A DNA stretch of 64,000 nt from Eledone cirrhosa (Eukaryota). Below the pieces are notes generated by a model, which did not search any database, was not told the DNA's origin, and saw only the letters and a list, made by a program, of their open reading frames with translations. A program made the position numbers and the translations under genes. This document shows positions 55,600-64,000 of this stretch, piece after piece. The number at the start of each line of letters is the position of its first letter. Within the stretch, counting starts at the first letter, position 1. Location: positions 45,570,001-45,634,000 of the forward strand of contig OZ024753.1 in the NCBI GenBank assembly GCA_964016885.1, written 5' to 3'.

Positions 55600-57330
55600 A
55601 CCATTAAAATATCAGATAGTGTAGATGTCTTCTGAAATTGTTATGACAACAGGCTGCATTAGATGTCACATCATGTTTATTTGTTTGTATATTTCAACGA
55701 GATCTTTGTCATGTTGTTTATTCTCAGGCTTAATGTCTCAGTGTGGTTGTCACGAGATCATTTGTTTTTATATTGCGTTTGCTTGTTTATTTTGGAGAAG
55801 GATTTCGTTCTGCAAAGTACGCTTATAAAATAGTAAATTGTGAACTGGGGCAGATTTTTTGTTCATTCTAGCAGCCAGGTACAAGCTCATCTGTTTGTTG
55901 ACAGAAGTGTGTCGTTTTATTTGGTTCATTTAGATATTTAGTAATGTTTGTATAGGTTATTTCTTTTTACAAGAGGTGCGTGATTGTTGAGAAGCGTGTA
56001 TTTGAAAATGTCGTGTAGTAATTCTTGTTGTTATACGGTTCCTTTTGAAGTACTGATTTCATGCCTCAAGATATGTGATTACACTCCATGAGGGTATGTT
56101 GTTGTTGTTGCTGTATCTCTACATCTTGTTTATTTGAGATATCTTCTATTGGCAGTTGTTTTCATTTGATGAAATTCGTTGTCGATTATTAATTCTTAGA
56201 AATTTTATGTTTCTAGATTTTGTTTTAAATTTGACCTTTCAAGATCCGAATCTTCTCTTAATATTTGCTTGATATCTTTTTCTGAAAATTTTGTTATGGA
56301 CATGTCTCGCTCGTCTTAGTGGAAAATATTGCGCAGTAATTCTACTCAAGTTATTTGGTTTTGTTTTACTTTTGTATAATGATCAAACGAGGTGCCAATG
56401 AAAATATCGATTTCTTATTCTACCCAATAACGTGTCGTATGTATTGAATATGTGTTGTTAGCCATTTGTGTATGAGGTAGAGGAGGAGAATAGGGAATGT
56501 TCATTTTGTAGGCGGCTAATTACTTGGTTAATTACATCGTTTGTTAATTACATCGTTTGTTTTTGTTGCTATGGTTTTCTTATTAGATATTATTGTTTTA
56601 TATTATTGGGAAGGGAACCTCATGCATCCATTGATATGTAGCATAAATTTTCGTCAGAGATATGTTAAGATCCGTGTATAAGTTTTAATCAACCTTGGTT
56701 GTGGGGGGTATACTACGAGCTTTGGCCACTCTGCAATGTACAGGTCATCCTTGTTTGAAAAATACAGGATATGAGACTAATGAGTATTTGCTGGTATTTC
56801 TCGGTCGAAGAATCGTGGTAATCTCGTATGTTGACTTCTTCTGCATGTCACTATTACAATATTAGAGTAACGTGTAATAGAAAAATATGATCGGGGTGAA
56901 TTGCCAGATTTCCTAGAGCGTTGGACAAAGTCTTTCCCGTGTGTCATCCATTTTACTGAGTTCCAATTACATTGCAGGCAATTGTAACTTTCCTCATTGA
57001 TCTGTTCATGTATTAAATACCGATTCAAGATCATCAATGGACATGAATTGTTAAGGCGTCGAAAAAGATATCTGGCTGGTGTTTTCCCTGGTTCTTTGCA
57101 TCCTGAGTTTAAATCCTGTTTTGGTATACTTTAGTTGTAGTTTTAATTCAGCATCCGGTGAATATCAGTACCTGGAACTTTAGTGCTTTAGTGAAATTCA
57201 TTTTCTTGAAAGCATTTGGATCAAGTTTTCATTTTACATATACTTACCTCATTCCATCTCTCTTTATAATAATCTGGTTATGTTTATGGCCATTCTGAAA
57301 TCATATGGTCACTGCTTTTTCCTCCATGAC
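55600..57330 (-). pseudogene. Highly decayed Penelope-like reverse transcriptase
   Basis: Collinear degenerate motifs in shifting frames: DYYKE, KEPGKTPARY (for KIHK..P.RPI), SCPLMILNRYL, SIP.HNQG, LHINGC-M (for Q..G.AMG), YWVE*EIDIFI (for W.RYxDDIF) and IKFL. The boundaries are approximate. Confidence 0.55.
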
Positions 57331-58095
57331 GCAACAGTAAAATAAAAAAAAAAGAGACGTAGGCGACATAGAAGAGGTAAATACAGGCATTATACATTAA
57401 AACCCAGAGGATAAATGCCTGAATTCACATAAATGTCCCATTTATTTATACCGAATTATAATATATTGTTGAAATGATTCATAGCTTCTTTCATAGATGT
57501 AAAAATGATCACTCGGTATGTACTTCATATCCATCAATTTTACATCCCTTTGACAACCAACTAAAAATATTATATTATATTATGTTATGTTATGATATTC
57601 CATTTAATACAAATATTGATGGAACGACATTTCATTAAAACAGAAGCAGTGTGTGTTTGATGTATATGTACATTTATAATAATCATGATAATTTTTCTTT
57701 ATACACTCACACAGCTGCTACCGTAAATGTTAGCTACAATTGCAGAGTCGGTGGTTATATGCTGCTGTTCTGCTTATCTGCAAATGAATGGCTTACTTGC
57801 AGACATTTTAACTACCATGCTGTTCTATACGCTGATCTCTATGTCTCTCAATGTTTCTCATCTCCGACGTGGAAGTATTTTAAATAGGATCTGGCCTTAG
57901 ATGAGGTCTCAACAGGAGATCAATTTGTCTGCAACATATCTCCATTTACTCTACAATTCCATCATCGACTTTCGCCATTGGAGGTATTCTGCCATGTTCC
58001 GTGTTCTGCATTACAGACGCCTATGTGAAACATTCACACACAACAAACCAATCGCAAGCACACCCTCATAGACGCATACACACTTATATATACAT

Positions 58096-58127
<32 letters not shown>

Positions 58128-58267
58128 GTGTGTGTGTGTTTATATACTCAGGTAGAACACATACATAAAACAACATATTTTTATCTAGTGGAACATGATT
58201 TTTAAACATGCAAATATAAACACCTACACGTATAACAGTGTGCGCGCGCACACACACACACACACAC

Positions 58268-58321
<54 letters not shown>

Positions 58322-58885
58322 CACACACAGTTAGATCATCAAACGCATATCAAAAGAACACTGGTAAACATTAAGTTCTAATCTGAAGTAAAGTATAATG
58401 TAAATGTTACCACACACACACACACACACACACCCATACATACGTACGTACACACACAGACAGATACACACACGCACACATACACACACGCGCACATACA
58501 CACACATGCGTACGTACACACACAGACAGATACACACACGCACACATGCGCACACATACACACACACACATGCGTACACACACATACTCACCCTTACAGA
58601 GACAGACACACCCACACATGAATTAATATAAGGAATTGATTAATGGAAAGTATACAGACACATATACAACAGAGAGAGAGAGAGGGAGGGTAACAGAGAG
58701 AGAGCGAGAGAGAGCTAGTGTATCGCTAGAGAGATAAAGAAAGATAAAGAATGAGAGGGATAGAGAATGAGAGAGGTAAAAAGAAAGATATATTAATGTC
58801 CAGTTGCACTTTTATTAGGATCTAAAACACGACAAATATTTACACATATAGAAACTGCAAACATGTGGTGCGTGCCACCTGATAA

Positions 58886-58949
<64 letters not shown>

Positions 58950-59141
58950 ATATCTCGCTGTTTGTCTGTCTCTATATACACCACACACATAGATACATAT
59001 ATGTATATATCATCTATTTATCTTGCTAGATAGCTACCTCCAAATTGCCTGCATGCCTATACATACATATATATATATATAAATGAAAAGTATAGAAATT
59101 GTTGTAGCGAGAAGCTAACAGTATTATTACATATATATATA

Positions 59142-59203
<62 letters not shown>

Positions 59204-59565
59204 TAACTACCTGTCTAAAGTAGTGCCAATAACGAGCTTACAACACTATGTAGTACGGAGGTAAATATTCCGACGAGATTCTGCAATAGAAGTGGGTTTT
59301 TTGATATAGGATGCCATCAATTTAGATTTCGTTGAGAATTCAAACCAGCGACAGGATCACACACACATACACACACATAGATATATATTATATATATATA
59401 TATACGGGATAACAAATTATCGTTATAGGTAGTCCACTTAGATGTAGTTCAGTTAGAGTAGTGGATAGTATTAACGCTTGGCTAAGTTTGACTCAACAAG
59501 ACGTTTCCATAGTGATGCTGCGAGTTCGCGGTGATTTCTATGTAATTTATACTTGGAGTAATAAT

Positions 59566-59781
59566 GGTTTCTTACATAGGCACAAGGCCATCAATTTTTG
59601 AGGATGGGAAATTCGATTAAATCGACCCCAGTGCGTGACTGGTACTTTATTTTATCGACCCCGTAAGGATGAAAGGCAAAGTTAACCTCGGCGGGATTTG
59701 AACTCAGATCATAAAGGGACGTAACTCTATGCTGCAAAGCATGGCGTCCGACCCTCTACCCATACTGCCAATCCACCGTCC
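59566..59781 (-). mobile_element. Full-length SINE family A with 19-bp TSD
   Basis: TSD ttatacttggagtaataat at 59547-59565 and 59782-59800. Confidence 0.92.
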
Positions 59782-59798
59782 TTATACTTGGAGTAATA

Positions 59799-59887
59799 AT
59801 AAATCAAGAAAGAAGAGTGACATGGTTTGCTATACAATAAAGCCCTTATTGTATAGCAAACCATGTCACTCTTCTTTCTTGATTTAT
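59799..59887. mobile_element. Perfect 42-bp-arm palindrome abutting (TA)n
   Basis: ataaatcaagaaagaagagtgacatggtttgctatacaataa-agccc-reverse complement. Confidence 0.85.
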
Positions 59888-59949
59888 ATATATATATGTA
59901 TGTTATGAAATACTGTTAGCTTCTCGCTAAAACAATTTATATACCTTTC

Positions 59950-60016
<67 letters not shown>

Positions 60017-60745
60017 CACATACTTACACATACATATTTCTATTTGAATATACATATATGTGTATGAATATATATTTCTCTATATGTATATATATACATA
60101 TAATCATATATAATGAAAGTAATACAAAAACAAAACTTTTGACATTTTCTTTGATGATTGGAATGGCAAATAGTCACGATGAGTTGTAAAATCAATTAAG
60201 AGAATGGCATATTTCTTTACTAGAATTCATTAAAATATTAAAATATGGTGCAGTAATATTCCCCCACCCAACTCCTCCAGTCTCCAACTGGAGTGAAACC
60301 AATAAGAATTTGGTAAAACCAATAAGAATTGAAACATTAATTTTCAATTAAATATCGTAAAATTCTGTGCTTGAAAACTGCAATACATGAAGAGACAATG
60401 TGACATTTATGTGTCGCATATGATCATTATAGATGTCTCAACTATAATATCGTTGACCCGTGCAAACCAACGTATCTATCTAAATAATATTAAAAGTAGA
60501 ATTTTTTGTTTGTTTTTATGTCTTTGTATTGATGTGTTAAGACGGATACAAGATAGATTTCCAATCAATTCACTTGAACAAGCAAAATTATTGAATGATC
60601 ACTAATTGTTGTGTCATGTGGTGTTCAAAAGTATCGTCTGAATTATTTTTCAATTCATTTCATAATTGAGTTTTCCATTTAACTCACTGGAAAAGTTAGT
60701 CATGGCGAAATCGATATATACATACACCTCCACATACACACGCAT

Positions 60746-60788
<43 letters not shown>

Positions 60789-60849
60789 CACGCACACACA
60801 CACACACACCTCCATATGTCTATGAACTACACGATAACAACTCACAATA

Positions 60850-61300
60850 CACTCTTTAAAGTAGACAGGACAACCAGCCTGGTGTTCGTGCCACGATAAA
60901 ATACACTTTTTAGGGGACGGTTTGTATCGCATAAGGTGGTGGTTGAAAATTCCCAGTACTCTGTGTCGGGGCGTAATAAACCTTATGAAGGAAGACGAGA
61001 ACAAGAGGGACCTTTTATATACGTTCTGGCACATAGCTCTATCAATAAACACATCATTTTGAATTAGATTGTTATCAAATGATACTTTGTACTTGTTCTC
61101 TGTTTTGAAATATCTTACAGCGAGCAATCTTAGAAATATTGGAAATCTGTGAGAGTATATGGCTCAGAAAAAATGAAAATATCTGTACTTAATTTCTTAA
61201 TAGTGAATTTCTGTGTCAATGTTTTTGAAGAGGTAAATGTATTCTACTAGATGCATTGAGTACGATTTGTTCAGAAATGATTAAAAACATTTTTTATGAA
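60850..61300 (-). pseudogene. Possible second decayed Penelope-like RT fragment
   Basis: V.DIFIFS followed by KTENKYKVSFDNNLI...NVYKR resembles the PLE series YVDDIF / FT.E.E...FLD / VYRK. Confidence 0.35.
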
Positions 61301-62195
61301 AATTGGCTTATTTAATATTAAGATTGTGTAGACCTTAGCAACATATTTCATTAATGCATTAAACATAGTTTTCTAATTAAACCCATTTTAACGTATAACA
61401 TTTTCTTAAAATTCTAATTTAGTATATTGCATAGATTTGTCAAGTAAGTGTATAATATGAAATAACTTCCCCAAAGATATTCAAGAAACTTCGGTTGAAA
61501 CAAAAGATGAAGAATTGTTTCAGCAAATTTTTTTTGCAGTTGATTTAAAATATACCATATATTAACTGTTCATCTTGATAGTGACGTCTTGTTATTTTTC
61601 TTCTTTTCGTAGGAATAATCTAACATAATTAAAATGATAAATAGCTCTTTACTTTGATCTGTCTAATAATGGTACCACATTCGATTATATGATCGCTACA
61701 CATCAAAAAATACGACACTCATATTTAATTGCATATTAGAAGATGGGAAATTAGAAAGAGAGAAAGAAGGAAAACCGAGCGCATTTTTCTTATTTCTAAC
61801 GCCGTAACGTCATGATTGGTTTAACGAGGTTTTGTTAGTCTCAACGTTGGTGGACATTTTCCTTTGATGGTGCAATTTAAATCCCCACCATTGGGTATTC
61901 ATAAACACTAATAGAGAAAAAGATATGTACAAAAACATTCACTGACAAGGACTAAGCAATAATGACTACTACTACTAGGGTTAAAGATAAGCATGACTAT
62001 TTTTACATATACACTGACACTCACATACACTCACACCCATTCACACGCATCCACAGACACATACACACAAACACATACATACACATATATATATATATAT
62101 TTATATACATACACAAAATTAGGTTTAATTTACATTTTTATCTGTCGAATACAAAAAGGTTTTTTAGTAAATTTACTACACTTTCTCCCCCCCCC

Positions 62196-62239
<44 letters not shown>

Positions 62240-62402
62240 GATATTAAATAAATGGAAATTATATTTATAAAACCATATTTATTTCATTATATATATTTCA
62301 GGGATATCATATTAAAAATATACTCCAAATACTTGTTGAGTGCTTTTATATCAGTTATAAATATTTACTCGTTGTAACCCAACAATTTAAATATAACTTT
62401 CC
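62240..62402 (+). mobile_element. Family H2 copy with internal inversion, in (TA)n
   Basis: 62240-62315 matches 12123-12198 directly, and 62316-62402 is the reverse complement of 12033-12120. Confidence 0.85.
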
Positions 62403-62509
62403 ATATATATATATATATATATTAAACATTAGTGATTTGTAAAATCGGATGATTCTTTTTGAGACAGCCTGTATATATATAAATATATTATTATTATTGT
62501 TATTATTAT

Positions 62510-62600
62510 TTGCCTTTCATCCTTACGAGGTCGATAAAATAAAGTACGAATAATACACTGGGATAATTGCTGGCCTTGTGGCAAAAGTAGAAACAATTAT
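62510..62600 (+). mobile_element. SINE family A 3' fragment
   Basis: tgcctttcatccttacgaggtcgataaaataaagtac...gctggccttgtg..aaaagtagaaacaattatt. Confidence 0.85.
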
Positions 62601-63159
62601 TATTATGATTATTACAGATTCCCTCCCCATATTACAGGTCCTACTTGTTATGCAAGCAAAACATGTTTTTCAATAGTTATTTCTATTGAAAGAGAGATAT
62701 GTTTTGACTTAGAGACACCCAATGGTGTGTGTATATCATATATATAACGACTTACTTGAAATCTCATATCAACTGTGGGACACGACACTTTCTTTCTTGA
62801 ACAAGATATTATTCTAAGCTATACTTTTCTCAATATTCGATAAGATTCTATGTATATTTAACTTAGAGGGGAATGCATTAATTTAGAGGATATGCAATCT
62901 ATGAGAGACGCTGATCCACTCTCTGCTTCTCTGTAATACTTTAACTTCTCTCTCCCTTTTATATTGACAGTAAGTTATGAAATGATATACATTAGGGGTG
63001 TATACATATATATATATATATATATATACTTAATATATTCTAATCTGCCTATAAATCGCTTACTATCATAAATATGGACTGAAAACGAATACTTCCATAC
63101 ATACATAAAAAATATAAACATATATACATACATACAAACGCACACACACACATACATAT

Positions 63160-63222
63160 ATATATGTGTGTGTGTATGTATACGTGTGTGTGTGTGTGTA
63201 TATATATATATGTATATATATG

Positions 63223-63291
<69 letters not shown>

Positions 63292-63326
63292 GTATATATA
63301 TATATGTATATATATATGTATATATG

Positions 63327-63374
<48 letters not shown>

Positions 63375-63388
63375 TATATGTATATATA

Positions 63389-63468
<80 letters not shown>

Positions 63469-63482
63469 TATATGTATATATA

Positions 63483-63545
<63 letters not shown>

Positions 63546-63642
63546 GTATATATATATATGTATATATATATGTATATATATATGTATATATATGTATATA
63601 TATATATGTATATATATGTATATATATATATGTATATATATG

Positions 63643-63701
<59 letters not shown>

Positions 63702-63714
63702 GTATATATATATG

Positions 63715-63771
<57 letters not shown>

Positions 63772-63862
63772 GTATATATATATGTATATATGTATATATA
63801 TATATATGTATATATGTATATATATATATGTATATATGTATATATATATATATGTATATATG

Positions 63863-63893
<31 letters not shown>

Positions 63894-63912
63894 GTATATA
63901 TGTATATATATG

Positions 63913-63947
<35 letters not shown>

Positions 63948-63958
63948 ATATATATGTA

Positions 63959-63999
<41 letters not shown>

Positions 64000-64000
64000 G
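63160..64000. repeat. (TA)n/(TATG)n satellite running off the window end
   Basis: Direct reading. Confidence 0.97.

Overview
This is an AT-rich eukaryotic window packed with microsatellites. The SINE families and (TA)n/(CA)n load resemble a cephalopod (Octopus-like) genome, which is an inference. I could not confidently identify a host protein-coding gene, and almost all long ORFs in the track are translations of simple repeats. Recognisable content: (1) a young, 5'-truncated RTE-type LINE with a PHD-like finger inside its RT; (2) a second RTE 3' fragment; (3) a Tc1/mariner transposase remnant; (4) decayed Penelope-like (PLE) RT remnants; (5) over a dozen tRNA-derived SINE pieces, three with clear TSDs; (6) many mini- and microsatellites. 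The main unexplained structure is a set of about 8 fold-back (palindromic) inserts of 90-540 bp, most abutting (TA)n tracts. Several carry hammerhead-ribozyme (HHR) motifs. One is two complete HHRs arranged back to back (41.3 kb), three fold back inside HHR stem II, and one carries two divergent tRNA-like cloverleaves. Several otherwise dissimilar inserts share a TTGAGTRC box 45-60 nt from the (TA)n junction. Together this suggests a family of small ribozyme-bearing, (TA)n-targeting, Penelope-mobilised elements. All alignments and folds were done by eye.
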